A stretch of 64,000 nucleotides of DNA, from NCBI GenBank assembly GCA_017535665.1, contig JAFXTS010000020.1, forward strand, positions 14,931 through 78,930, in the 5' to 3' direction. The notes under the pieces were generated by a model. It worked only from the letters and a program-made list of their open reading frames with translations. It did not search any database and had not been told where the DNA came from. This stretch comes from Bacteroidales bacterium. Lineage in GTDB: Bacteria; Bacteroidota; Bacteroidia; Bacteroidales; WCHB1-69. Below, piece by piece: positions 1 through 9,572 of this stretch (its first letter is position 1; each line of letters starts with the position of its first letter). The position numbers were made by a program, and so were the translations under genes.

Positions 1-323
1 TTTGTACGTTTCTTATAATTGTCGAATTCAGAATAGAGCAGCAGAAATTTGTTGTTTAATTCTGCTTTCTGCTTGTCAAGTGCTTCGTATTTTTTAGTGA
101 GTTCTTCCAGTTGTTTTTTCAGGGCTTCCTCTTTTTTATTTTTTCTGCCAAAAAAAGACTTTTTTTCTTCCTCTTTGTCATTTTTTTCCTCCTCTTGATC
201 CGCCTTTTCTTGCTCATTTTCGCAAGAAGATGCCTCTTCTGGTGACAAATTGTCAGTTTTCTGACCCTCTAAAGGATTGTTTTCAGCATCCAAATTTTCG
301 GAATTGATTTTTTCTTCTGCCAT
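1..323 (-). CDS. grpE: Nucleotide exchange factor GrpE (5' part; runs off the window start)
   Basis: Own translation from ATG at 323: MAEEKINSENLDAENN... acidic N-terminus, then coiled coil ending LNNKFLLLYSEFDNYKKRT, matching the GrpE L.AEFDNY.KR motif. Not in the ORF track (no stop in window). Confidence 0.88.
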   Translation of the reverse strand, partial: MAEEKINSENLDAENNPLEGQKTDNLSPEEASSCENEQEKADQEEEKNDKEEEKKSFFGRKNKKEEALKKQLEELTKKYEALDKQKAELNNKFLLLYSEFDNYKKRT

Positions 324-390
324 AATATTTTAATTTTTAATTATTTACAATAAACAATGCTGACTTGAGAGAACAAGCCACAAAAGGGTA

Positions 391-407
391 TGCAAAAAGT
401 TTGCCAA
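391..407 (-). promoter_or_regulatory. Putative sigma54 (-24/-12) promoter of grpE
   Basis: Minus strand TTGGCAAACTTTTTGCA has exact GG-N10-GC spacing, about 70 bp upstream of the grpE ATG. Confidence 0.6.
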
Positions 408-464
408 ATCGTTCGACTGACAAAACGGCAGTCCTTAAAATGACGTTATTTGTGGAAAAAAATG

Positions 465-472
465 TACTTTTG
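465..472 (+). promoter_or_regulatory. Bacteroidota -7 promoter box for the serine dehydratase gene
   Basis: TACTTTTG matches TAnnTTTG, about 20 bp before ATG 494. This argues that the track's start at 365 is too far upstream. Confidence 0.7.
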
Positions 473-493
473 CCGAGAAATTCTAAATGTTTG

Positions 494-1675
494 ATGATGG
501 AAAGTATCCGGCATATTTTTAAGATAGGTCGTGGACCGTCGAGTTCGCATACAATGGGTCCCTCAAAGGCAGCGACTTTGGTTAGAGAGTTAACTCCCCA
601 TGCGGCCTCGTACGAAGTGGTGTTGTATGGTAGTTTGGCTGCTACGGGCAAGGGCCATTTCACTGATGTGGCGATTGTTGATGCTTTAGCGCCAATTCCA
701 GTGCGGATTGTTTGGAAACCAGATGTTTTCCTGCCGGAACATCCTAATGGGATGGAATTTACTGCATTGGATGCTCAAGGCAATGCATTGCTCACACGTC
801 GCTATTTCAGCGTGGGGGGCGGCGACATTTCGCAGTCTGGTCAGCGGCAGTCTGACAAACACATCTACCAGTATTCCACCATGACCGACATCTTGTCGCA
901 TGTGGGAAATCGCAAGCTCTGGGAGTATGTAGCTGATTGTGAAGATGATGATATTTGGGAATATTTGGAGGCGGTTTGGCGGGTGATGCAACAGAGCATC
1001 AGGGAGGGCTTGGAGCACGAGAGTACGCTCCCCGGTGGCTTGCATCTGCCACGCAAAGCCTCGACGATGTACTCGCGTGTGCAGGCCATGAACACCTCGC
1101 TGCAGCACCGATACTCCACGCCGGTGTATGCTTTCGCAGTGGCCGAAGAGAACGCCAGCGGCCGCACTATCGTTACCGCGCCTACCTGCGGCTCTTGCGG
1201 CGTGCTGCCCGCTGTTTTATATACTTATTATCAGCAGTATGAACACAACGATAAGAAAATTCTGCATGCCCTTGCCACTGCCGGACTCATTGGCAACGTT
1301 ATCAAATACAACGCCTCCATCAGTGGGGCGGAGGTCGGCTGTCAGGGAGAGGTGGGCTCGGCATGTGCCATGGCCGCCGGTGCCTTCTGCCAGCTCATGG
1401 GCGGCTCTTCCTATCAGGTGGAATATGCTGCCGAGATGGGGCTGGAACATCACCTCGGCCTTACCTGCGACCCTATCTGTGGACTGGTGCAAGTGCCTTG
1501 TATCGAGCGCAATGCGTTCGCCTCGGTGCGCGCCATCGATGCCGCCATGTTCGCCCTTATCTCCGATGGCAAGCACCTCGTCAGTTTCGACCGCGTGGTG
1601 CGCGTCATGAAGGCAACCGGCCACGACCTGCCTTCCCTCTACAAAGAGACCTCGTTGGGCGGTTTGGCCTTGTAG
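494..1675 (+). CDS. sdaA: Fe-S dependent L-serine ammonia-lyase (fused beta/alpha)
   Basis: GRGPSSSHTMGP, GSLAATGKGH, TAPTCGSCG, GAEVGCQGEVG, LGLTCDP and VPCIERN motifs. Start moved to ATG 494/497. Confidence 0.95.
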   Translation: MMESIRHIFKIGRGPSSSHTMGPSKAATLVRELTPHAASYEVVLYGSLAATGKGHFTDVAIVDALAPIPVRIVWKPDVFLPEHPNGMEFTALDAQGNALLTRRYFSVGGGDISQSGQRQSDKHIYQYSTMTDILSHVGNRKLWEYVADCEDDDIWEYLEAVWRVMQQSIREGLEHESTLPGGLHLPRKASTMYSRVQAMNTSLQHRYSTPVYAFAVAEENASGRTIVTAPTCGSCGVLPAVLYTYYQQYEHNDKKILHALATAGLIGNVIKYNASISGAEVGCQGEVGSACAMAAGAFCQLMGGSSYQVEYAAEMGLEHHLGLTCDPICGLVQVPCIERNAFASVRAIDAAMFALISDGKHLVSFDRVVRVMKATGHDLPSLYKETSLGGLAL

Positions 1676-1777
1676 ATTTCAACTCGTCTTACTCCGTTCG
1701 CTCTCAATCCTTCAGCTACCCAATTTTCAATTCTCAATTTTAAATTGTATTTTTGCAGCCCAGTTTGCTTGTTGAAA

Positions 1778-2725
1778 ATGATGACTTTTTTTAGATATTT
1801 TTTGCTGATTATCATGGGATTAGTTTCCATATTTTTGTCTTCCTGTCAGAAGGAGATTGAGGTGGATATTCCCGATTATGACCGGAAAATTGTCATCGAG
1901 GGGCGTATTGAGAACGGCTCGCCCGCCATGGTGATTGTGAGTCGCAGTGTTCCCTATTTCGACCACATTGATTTGCAAACTTTGATGAACGATGTGTTTA
2001 TCAAGGATGCTGTGGTTACGGTTTCGTGCGATGGTGCGAGCGAACAATTGCAATTCACCCTCTGCGAGGATTCGCCTGTCTATCTGGCCTATGTGGGACG
2101 CAACATTATCGGTGAGCCGGGCAAGCGGTACGACCTCCGCGTGGAGATTGGCGACACGGTATATACATCAAGCACCACCATCTGCCAGCCTTTCAGCCTT
2201 GACTCGGTGTGGCTGGCCTTCGCCAACGAACAGGATACCACGCCTACCACCCGCATTCAACTTACCGACAATCCCGCCACGCACGACTACTATATGTTCC
2301 AGATTAAGGTGCATGGCAAGCGGCTTCACGACCGCCTCTGGGTGACCAGCTTCCCCGTGGCTTTCGATGATGCCACCTTCAACGGACAAACGGTCAACTA
2401 CGAGATTTTGCGCGCCAACCCCTCTTCATTGTTTGAAAGCACGATGACCGATGAGGAGAAGGAAGAATTTTACCGAGTGACGTACCGGAAAGGCGACACC
2501 ATCTACATGAAGACTTCCCTCATCGATTACGACGGTTTCCAGTATTGGTCGGCCATGACGTATGCCATCTCCCTTGGGCAGAACCCGTTTATGAGTCCGG
2601 CCCCCGTGCCGTGCAATATCAAAGGCGAGAATGTGATTGGCAACTGGTGCGGTTTCGCCAGCACGATTGACACCATCTATTATTTGGATGATACGCAGTT
2701 GCGCCGCCGATTGGTAAGGCGTTAA
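1778..2725 (+). CDS. DUF4249 family lipoprotein
   Basis: Lipobox FLSSC followed by EIEVDIP..KIVIEG.I and C-terminal P.PCNIKG...IG.W.G. TATTTTTG box at 1748-1755 supports a start at 1778/1781. Confidence 0.8.
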   Translation: MMTFFRYFLLIIMGLVSIFLSSCQKEIEVDIPDYDRKIVIEGRIENGSPAMVIVSRSVPYFDHIDLQTLMNDVFIKDAVVTVSCDGASEQLQFTLCEDSPVYLAYVGRNIIGEPGKRYDLRVEIGDTVYTSSTTICQPFSLDSVWLAFANEQDTTPTTRIQLTDNPATHDYYMFQIKVHGKRLHDRLWVTSFPVAFDDATFNGQTVNYEILRANPSSLFESTMTDEEKEEFYRVTYRKGDTIYMKTSLIDYDGFQYWSAMTYAISLGQNPFMSPAPVPCNIKGENVIGNWCGFASTIDTIYYLDDTQLRRRLVRR

Positions 2726-2736
2726 AATACAATCAA

Positions 2737-5568
2737 TTACTTTCTTTTCAATTCTGCTTTTAGGAATTGGGCGGTGTGGCCTTTTCCGCTCTTCGCCACC
2801 TCTTCGGGGGTGCCTTCCGCAATGATTTCACCGCCCGAGCGGCCGCCTTCCGGTCCGAGGTCAATGATCCAGTCGGCCATCTTGATGACATCCATGTTGT
2901 GCTCGATGACCAGCACCGTGTTGCCCTTCTCCACCAGTTTGTTGAGCACCTCCAGCAGTACGTAGATATCCTCGAAATGCAAGCCGGTGGTGGGCTCGTC
3001 GAGGATGTAGAAGGTGTTGCCAGTGTCTTTCTTGGAGAGTTCTGCCGCCAACTTGATGCGCTGCGCCTCGCCGCCCGACAGGGTGGGAGAGGGTTGCCCC
3101 ATCTTGATATAACCCAAACCGACATCGCAGAGCGTTTGCAGCTTGCTGGCAATCATGGGGATATTCTCAAAAAAGGTGACGGCCGTCTCAATGTCCATTT
3201 CCAGCACATCGTTGATGGACTTCCCTTTATAGCGCACCTCAAGGGTCTCATCGTTGTAGCGTTTGCCGCCGCAGGCATCGCAGGTGACGTATACATCGGG
3301 CAGGAAGTTCATTTCGATGGCTTTCACGCCGCCGCCGCGGCACTCCTCGCATCGTCCGCCCGTGACGTTGAAGGAGAAACGCCCCGGCTTGTAACCGCGG
3401 ATCTTGGCCTCGGGCAGACTGGAGTAGAGCTGCCTGATCTGGTCGAACACGCCGATGTAGGTCACGGGGTTGGAGCGTGGGGTGCGGCCGATGGGCTGCT
3501 GGTTGATTTCGATGACTTTGTCGAGGTTGTTGATTCCGATGATTTCGGTATATTCGAGGGGCTTTTTCTCGGAGCGGAAGAAATGGTGGTTGAGGATAGG
3601 ATAGAGGGTTTCGTTGATGAGAGAGGATTTTCCACTTCCAGAAACGCCTGTCACACAAATAAATGTGCCTAACGGGAAGGTGACGGAAACATCTTTGAGG
3701 TTGTTGCCGCGAGCACCAATGAGTGTCAGCTCCTTGCCGTTGCCTTCGCGACGGGTGGCTGGCACCTTGATGCTTTTCTTGCCGCTCAGGTACTGGGCGG
3801 TCAGCGTGTTTTTCTTGAGCATCTCCTTGTAGGTGCCTTCTCCCACGATCTCGCCGCCGTGAATGCCCGCTGCCGGTCCGATATCTACAATGTAGTCGGC
3901 GGCCTCCATCATGTCGCGGTCGTGTTCCACCACAATGACCGAGTTGCCCATGTCGCGAAGCTGCTTCAGGGCGGTGATGAGCTGCTGGTTGTCGCGTTGG
4001 TGCAGTCCGATACTGGGTTCATCGAGGATGTAAAGCACGTTCACCAGACGGGAACTGATCTGGGTGGCCAGGCGGATGCGTTGTGCCTCGCCGCCCGACA
4101 GCGCACGAGCCGGCAGGTTGAGCGAAAGGTATTGGATACCCACCTCTTCCAAGAAACTCAGTCGATACTTGATCTCGCGCAGCACCTCGTAGGCAATCTT
4201 GTTCTGCGTGTCGGTGAGGTGCTTCGGACACTGGTCGATCCATGCCGACAGGTCGGCGATGTCCATGGCCGCCAATTCGGCGATGTTCTTCCCGCCAATC
4301 TTAAAATGCAGCGACTCATTGCGGAGGCGCGCCCCGTGGCACTCCGGACAGGGCACTTCGTTGAGGAAGCTCTGAATCCATTTGCGGATGTTGGCGGGAG
4401 CACTCTCCAAGTCAAATTCTTTGATGAAGTTGATGATGCCCTCGTAGTTCATGCTCACCGGCGACATCCCCGAAAACTCACGTCTCACCTTGAGCGGCTC
4501 ATCGGTGCCGTACAAGATGGTGTTGATGACCGAGTCGGACAGTTCCCCGATAGGGGTGTCCAAATCGAAGCCGTATTTTTCGCCAAGAGCTTCTATCTGT
4601 CTGAAAATCTGACTGTTCTTATAGGTTCCTAACGGGATGATAGCGCCGTTTTTGATGGATTTTTTTTCATCGGGGATGATCTTTTTCAGATCCACCTCTG
4701 TAATATAGCCGAGGCCGTTGCACTTTTCGCAAGCGCCGTAGGGCGAGTTGAACGAGAAGGTGTTGGGTTCGGGTTCGGGGTAGGAGATGCCCGAGGTGGG
4801 GCACATCAGGTACTTGCTGTAGTTCTTCACCTCGCCGGTGGCGTGGTCGAGCACCATCAGCACACCCTTCCCGTTCTTGAGGGCAAGGCGCAGACTGTTG
4901 GTGAGGCGCGCCTTGGAGTTGTCGTGCAGTGTCAGCCGGTCGATCACCGTCTCGATGTCATGGATTTTGTAGCGGTCCACCGCCATGTTGAGGGTGAGTT
5001 GTCGGATTTCGCCATCCACGCGCACCTTGGAGAAGCCGCGTTTGCGGATGGTCTCGAAGAGTTCGCGGTAGTGACCTTTTCTGCGTTTCACGGCGGGGGC
5101 GAGGATGGTGATGTCGCGGCCGTCGTAAGTGTCGGAGAGCATTTCGATCAGTTCCGACTCAGTGTAGCGAATCATCTTTTCGCCTGTGACATACGAGTAG
5201 GCTGTAGCCACACGGGCAAATAGAAGTCGCAGGAAATCATATACTTCTGTGATGGTACCGACGGTGGAGCGGGGGTTCTTGTTGGTGGTTTTTTGTTCGA
5301 TTGCGATGACCGGATTCAGTCCCGTAATCTTATCCACGTCGGGATGCTCGTAGTTGCCCACAAACTGGCGGGCGTAGGCCGAGAAGGTCTCCATGTAGCG
5401 GCGTTGTCCTTCCGCATAAATCGTGTCGAATGCTAAAGAAGACTTGCCGCTGCCGCTCAATCCTGTCATCACGATGAGCTTGTTGTGTGGGAGCTTCACA
5501 GACACATCCTTCAGGTTGTTTTCTCTCGCTCCAGTGACAATCAACTGATCTTCTGCTACTTTTGCCAT
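2737..5568 (-). CDS. uvrA: Excinuclease ABC subunit A
   Basis: Two ABC cassettes (GLSGSGKSS, GVSGSGKSS; LSGGEAQR twice), zinc-finger CxxC pairs, 943 aa. Confidence 0.98.
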   Translation of the reverse strand: MAKVAEDQLIVTGARENNLKDVSVKLPHNKLIVMTGLSGSGKSSLAFDTIYAEGQRRYMETFSAYARQFVGNYEHPDVDKITGLNPVIAIEQKTTNKNPRSTVGTITEVYDFLRLLFARVATAYSYVTGEKMIRYTESELIEMLSDTYDGRDITILAPAVKRRKGHYRELFETIRKRGFSKVRVDGEIRQLTLNMAVDRYKIHDIETVIDRLTLHDNSKARLTNSLRLALKNGKGVLMVLDHATGEVKNYSKYLMCPTSGISYPEPEPNTFSFNSPYGACEKCNGLGYITEVDLKKIIPDEKKSIKNGAIIPLGTYKNSQIFRQIEALGEKYGFDLDTPIGELSDSVINTILYGTDEPLKVRREFSGMSPVSMNYEGIINFIKEFDLESAPANIRKWIQSFLNEVPCPECHGARLRNESLHFKIGGKNIAELAAMDIADLSAWIDQCPKHLTDTQNKIAYEVLREIKYRLSFLEEVGIQYLSLNLPARALSGGEAQRIRLATQISSRLVNVLYILDEPSIGLHQRDNQQLITALKQLRDMGNSVIVVEHDRDMMEAADYIVDIGPAAGIHGGEIVGEGTYKEMLKKNTLTAQYLSGKKSIKVPATRREGNGKELTLIGARGNNLKDVSVTFPLGTFICVTGVSGSGKSSLINETLYPILNHHFFRSEKKPLEYTEIIGINNLDKVIEINQQPIGRTPRSNPVTYIGVFDQIRQLYSSLPEAKIRGYKPGRFSFNVTGGRCEECRGGGVKAIEMNFLPDVYVTCDACGGKRYNDETLEVRYKGKSINDVLEMDIETAVTFFENIPMIASKLQTLCDVGLGYIKMGQPSPTLSGGEAQRIKLAAELSKKDTGNTFYILDEPTTGLHFEDIYVLLEVLNKLVEKGNTVLVIEHNMDVIKMADWIIDLGPEGGRSGGEIIAEGTPEEVAKSGKGHTAQFLKAELKRK

Positions 5569-5569
5569 C

Positions 5570-6511
5570 CTATTTCTTCTTTTTAGTCATTTTTTTGATG
5601 GTGTAGCTCTTGCCTGCAGCCACGGTCAGTTTGGTGCTGCGCACCCACGGGTTCAGTTCCTTGAATTCCTTGTAGGTCATGTCGTGTTCTTGGCAGAAGG
5701 TGTACCAGCTGGGTACGGATGCGGTGACCGTAATCTCTTCATACTCGTAGGGCGCATATTTGTCGCTCTCGTTGAGGCGCACGCCGTAGGTGCTGGGATT
5801 CTCGAACAGCAGTTTATACGCGAGGATGCGATACACGTAGCGGGCGGTCTCGGGATTGAAATAGAGGTTCCAGTACTCGTTTTGCGACTGGTTGTTCACG
5901 TTTTTTCGCACACCGCCTTCTCCCATGTTGTAACTGGCGGCGGCCAACGCCCATGAACCCAAACTGTTCTTGCTGGTTTTCAGATATTTGCAGGCTGCAT
6001 GGGTGCATTTCTCCACATGGTATCTTTCGTCTACCTCATCGTTGACGGTGAGGCCATACAACTTGGCGGTGGATTCTAAGAACTGCCAGAATCCAACAGC
6101 CTTGGCGGGTGAGATGGCGTTGGAGAGGCTGCTCTCGGCTACGCACAAGTACTTGATATCTTCTGGAACGCCGTCTTCTTTCAGTATCTTCTCTAATGTC
6201 GGGAACCAGCGGCCGGCGCGTTTCAGACAGAGCAAGGTGGTGGAGTGCTGGTAGCAGACGGCCGTCAGCTCACGGTCGAGTGATTCGCGCACCATGGGGT
6301 CGTCAAGCGGTACGTTCTCTCCGCAAAAGGTGAGACTGTCGGGCAGGGGAGGAGTGGCCAGCACGTTGGTGTAATAGTTGGTACGGGCAGGCTCAGCTTT
6401 CTCTTCTTGTGCTTGAGTGTGATGCTGTAGGATGCCCCATACACAAAGGCAAACCACAATGCCTGCGGTCATGCCCCCGCACCATACCCATATTTTTTTC
6501 TTGTTTTCCAT
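5570..6511 (-). CDS. Lytic transglycosylase (SLT/MltD-like)
   Basis: AESSL catalytic Glu, AVGFWQF, AASYNMG and ETARYV motifs; N-terminal membrane anchor. Start likely MENKKK at 6511. Confidence 0.9.
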   Translation of the reverse strand: MENKKKIWVWCGGMTAGIVVCLCVWGILQHHTQAQEEKAEPARTNYYTNVLATPPLPDSLTFCGENVPLDDPMVRESLDRELTAVCYQHSTTLLCLKRAGRWFPTLEKILKEDGVPEDIKYLCVAESSLSNAISPAKAVGFWQFLESTAKLYGLTVNDEVDERYHVEKCTHAACKYLKTSKNSLGSWALAAASYNMGEGGVRKNVNNQSQNEYWNLYFNPETARYVYRILAYKLLFENPSTYGVRLNESDKYAPYEYEEITVTASVPSWYTFCQEHDMTYKEFKELNPWVRSTKLTVAAGKSYTIKKMTKKKK

Positions 6512-6548
6512 TGAGAGATGAGTTTGTTTGAGGTGATGATTCATGACA

Positions 6549-8870
6549 TCAGAACTGCCAGCTGAAACCTACGCTGTAAAGCAGCGGCAGCTGGTAGATG
6601 GTCTTATTGGTGATGCGGTCTTTATAAAAAACGTTTTTGTAGTTGTAAAGGTTGGTGGCGCCAGCACTCAGCTCTATCACATGGCGTTCGCCAATATGGA
6701 AGCTCTTCTTGATGCTGATGTCCAAACGGTGATAGTGGGGCAGACGGCCCTGGTTGTAGTCAGCCAATATGAAGTCAAGTCCTTCGTTGTTGCTGAGGTA
6801 GTTGACATCGTATGAGGTGATGTCCATATTGGGGAAATAGGCCTGGGTCTGGGTGTAGGGGAAGCCTGTGCCAAAGTTCCAGCGCACGTCAATCTGCCAA
6901 CTCTTGCGTTTCCCGAAACTGTAGGAAGCAAGGAAGTTGATGTTGTGGCGGCGGTCGAAATGGGGTTCATACACCATGCGCCCGTCGTTGCGTTTCACCC
7001 ATCCTAGCGCATACACCAAACGAATGTCCAATCCTTTGTATGAAAATTCAACGGTGATGTCACCGCCGTATGCTTTGCCGGTTTCGAACATATAGTCCAA
7101 GTCTTCCTTGAACATCTTGTATCGGTTGATGGAGGTGAGCACCGAGAAATTCTTATAGTAGCCTTCAATGTTGATGGTGGTAAAGGGGATGACATCCAGC
7201 TCAAGACCTAGAATCACGTGTTGCGACTTCTGCATGCTCGATTCGATTTCCTTGCCGTTGGGCAACGTGTCGGGAATCTGGAGCGGACTGGAGAGAAATC
7301 CGGTGAACAGGTTCACCACGTCGCGGTCGGAGGTGGCGGCTACGAGATTCTGCGAGAACATGCCCGCCGCCAGCTTCAAGCGCACCTTCGGTGTGATGTT
7401 GTACTTGAACGACAGTCGCGGCTCTGGCGAACTCTTGCCGAGTGAGGCGTAGTATTGGAATCGGAAACTTGGCTCGATGAGGATCTTGTCGCGCCAGTTA
7501 TACTTGTATTTGACGAACAGTCCGACATCGCTGGTGTAGTCCACCACCGACTTGCGTGAGGTTGCAGATGGGGTTTCAAAAAAGACGTAGCGAACGGTGT
7601 TTCCTGAGAATTCCGCACCGAGTGAGAGTTGGCTCTTTCCGAAATAGTAGGTGAATTTGAGATTGGCCACGAAACCGTTGAGTGCACTCTGCCGCGTGTT
7701 GGTGTCCTTGGCGGAGGTGTTTTGGGAGAGGGTGGTGGGCTTGTTGTCCTGATCGTCCAAGGCGGTATAGTAGTTGGTGTAGCCAATGGTTCCCTCAATG
7801 AGCATGGGGGCTCGGCCGGGCACTATCAGGAAGTTGCACCCCACACCATAATTGGTCCATTTGTAGGTGGCGATTTTGGTGTAATCCACCTTGTCGTCAA
7901 AGCGGAATCCGAAAAGGTTGAGCTTGGAACCGCTCTTGCCGGTGAGGGAGATTTTGCCATAAATATCCAAATAATTATAGGGAAGGCCGTCAGTTACATA
8001 CGGGTAGAAAGCTTTTGAGGAATATTTCAGATAAGAGCCCTTCACCGACAGAATATAGCCGAGCGAGAAAGCACTGTTTTCTTTCATCTTAATAAAAGGT
8101 CCTTCCAATAACAACTTGGCACCAAAGGTGTTAAGGTCAACCTTGCCGGTGATGTGCTTGCGGTTGCCGTCGCGGGTGCGGATGTCCATCACCGAGGAGA
8201 TTCTGCCGCCGAACTCTGCCCCGAAGCCGCCAGTATATACCTCCGCCGACCCGATGATGTCGCTGTCGAAAACCGAGAACAGACCGATGGAGTGGAAGGG
8301 ATTGTAGATGAGCATTCCATCCAGCAAAAGCATATTCTGTATCGGGGTGCCTCCACGGATGTACAGCTGGCCGCCCTGGTCGCCGGTGGAAACCACGCCG
8401 GGCAGCACTTGCAGGTACTGCGCAAAGTCGGGCGTGCCACCAATAGAAGGCATCTGCTTGATGTCTTTGGTAGATACCGAGATGACCGACGTGCGTGTCT
8501 CTGTGATCACTCGCTGCGATTCGGCATTCACATTGATGCCCTCCAGCATGACGTTGTCGGGCGACATTGTGAAATTGCGGTTCACCACCATGTTGGCAAT
8601 CTCTATGGAGTCGCGTATGGTCTGGAAACCTAAATAGGAGACCTCTATTTCGTATTTCCCTGACGGTACCTTGGTGATGATATAGGCCCCGCTTTTTTCC
8701 GTTACTTCACCGAAGTTAGTGCCCGTGAGTCTCACCATGGCGTATGCAATGGGTTCGCCGGAGGTGGCATCATAAATAAACCCATTCACACCTCCATTTT
8801 GAGCGAAGGAAAAGAATGGTAAAATGCTTAAAATAAATGAGATAATGTATTTTTTGTGCCTTAAAAGCAT
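6549..8870 (-). CDS. TonB-dependent outer membrane receptor with carboxypeptidase-regulatory-like N-domain
   Basis: Signal peptide, G.I.DA.SGEPI.YA, plug motif LYIRGG...QN.LLLDG, C-terminal aromatic WQF. Confidence 0.9.
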   Translation of the reverse strand: MLLRHKKYIISFILSILPFFSFAQNGGVNGFIYDATSGEPIAYAMVRLTGTNFGEVTEKSGAYIITKVPSGKYEIEVSYLGFQTIRDSIEIANMVVNRNFTMSPDNVMLEGINVNAESQRVITETRTSVISVSTKDIKQMPSIGGTPDFAQYLQVLPGVVSTGDQGGQLYIRGGTPIQNMLLLDGMLIYNPFHSIGLFSVFDSDIIGSAEVYTGGFGAEFGGRISSVMDIRTRDGNRKHITGKVDLNTFGAKLLLEGPFIKMKENSAFSLGYILSVKGSYLKYSSKAFYPYVTDGLPYNYLDIYGKISLTGKSGSKLNLFGFRFDDKVDYTKIATYKWTNYGVGCNFLIVPGRAPMLIEGTIGYTNYYTALDDQDNKPTTLSQNTSAKDTNTRQSALNGFVANLKFTYYFGKSQLSLGAEFSGNTVRYVFFETPSATSRKSVVDYTSDVGLFVKYKYNWRDKILIEPSFRFQYYASLGKSSPEPRLSFKYNITPKVRLKLAAGMFSQNLVAATSDRDVVNLFTGFLSSPLQIPDTLPNGKEIESSMQKSQHVILGLELDVIPFTTINIEGYYKNFSVLTSINRYKMFKEDLDYMFETGKAYGGDITVEFSYKGLDIRLVYALGWVKRNDGRMVYEPHFDRRHNINFLASYSFGKRKSWQIDVRWNFGTGFPYTQTQAYFPNMDITSYDVNYLSNNEGLDFILADYNQGRLPHYHRLDISIKKSFHIGERHVIELSAGATNLYNYKNVFYKDRITNKTIYQLPLLYSVGFSWQF

Positions 8871-8978
8871 AGTCGTAATTTTAAGGCGGCAAATTTACAA
8901 TAAAATCTCCTATTTTTTAATCATCTCCAACTCTTTTTTTGAAAAAATACCCAGTAAGCTCTCTGTTATTTTGGGATG

Positions 8979-9512
8979 TCAATCTCGGGAGAATTTTTTA
9001 GAGATTTCCCAAATCACGATGGCGCCGGCCACCGACACGTTGAAAGAGTGTTTGGTGCCATACTGCGGAATTTCAATTGCGCCATCACATAAGGCTAACA
9101 CCTCATCATCCACCCCGAAAACTTCGTTGCCCAACACGATGGCCGCCTTCTCTCCTTTAGCAGGCGCGTACTCTTCCAGCGAAACCGACGTGTCCACCTG
9201 CTCCACCGCCCACACACGATATCCTTGCGCCTTCAGGTCGTTAACCGCCTCCACAGTACTATCAAAGTGCTTCCAACATACTGATTCTGTGGCCCCTAAC
9301 GCCGTCTTCGAAATCTCCTTGTGGGGCGGACAAGCAGTGATGCCGCACAGATACAGCGCTTCCACTGCAAAGCCATCGCACGTGCGGAACAGCGATCCCA
9401 CATTGTACATGCTCCGCACATTATCCAAAACCACTACCAGCGGAGTCTTCTCCTGCTCCTTGAACTCCTCCGTGCTCACCCGCCCGAGTTCATCCATGCT
9501 CAATTTCTTCAT
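8979..9512 (-). CDS. TrmH/SpoU family RNA methyltransferase
   Basis: VVLDNVRSMYNVGSLFRT, VLGNEVFGV and IPQYGTKHSFNVSVA SPOUT motifs. Confidence 0.93.
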   Translation of the reverse strand: MKKLSMDELGRVSTEEFKEQEKTPLVVVLDNVRSMYNVGSLFRTCDGFAVEALYLCGITACPPHKEISKTALGATESVCWKHFDSTVEAVNDLKAQGYRVWAVEQVDTSVSLEEYAPAKGEKAAIVLGNEVFGVDDEVLALCDGAIEIPQYGTKHSFNVSVAGAIVIWEISKKFSRD

Positions 9513-9572
9513 CTTTGATGGGTTAAAATTTCAGATGCAAAAATAGTGAAAAAGCAATTATGCATTTTCTGT

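Noticed and set aside
365-493. N-terminal extension of serine dehydratase from the track start at 365
   Set aside because: It would span the divergent promoter region; the -7 box at 465 and homology beginning at MESI favour ATG 494/497.
2767-4632. Long antisense ORFs over uvrA (also 8824-9546, 20926-21678, 34916-35857, 37714-38709)
   Set aside because: They lie opposite well-supported conserved genes and are expected from GC3 bias.
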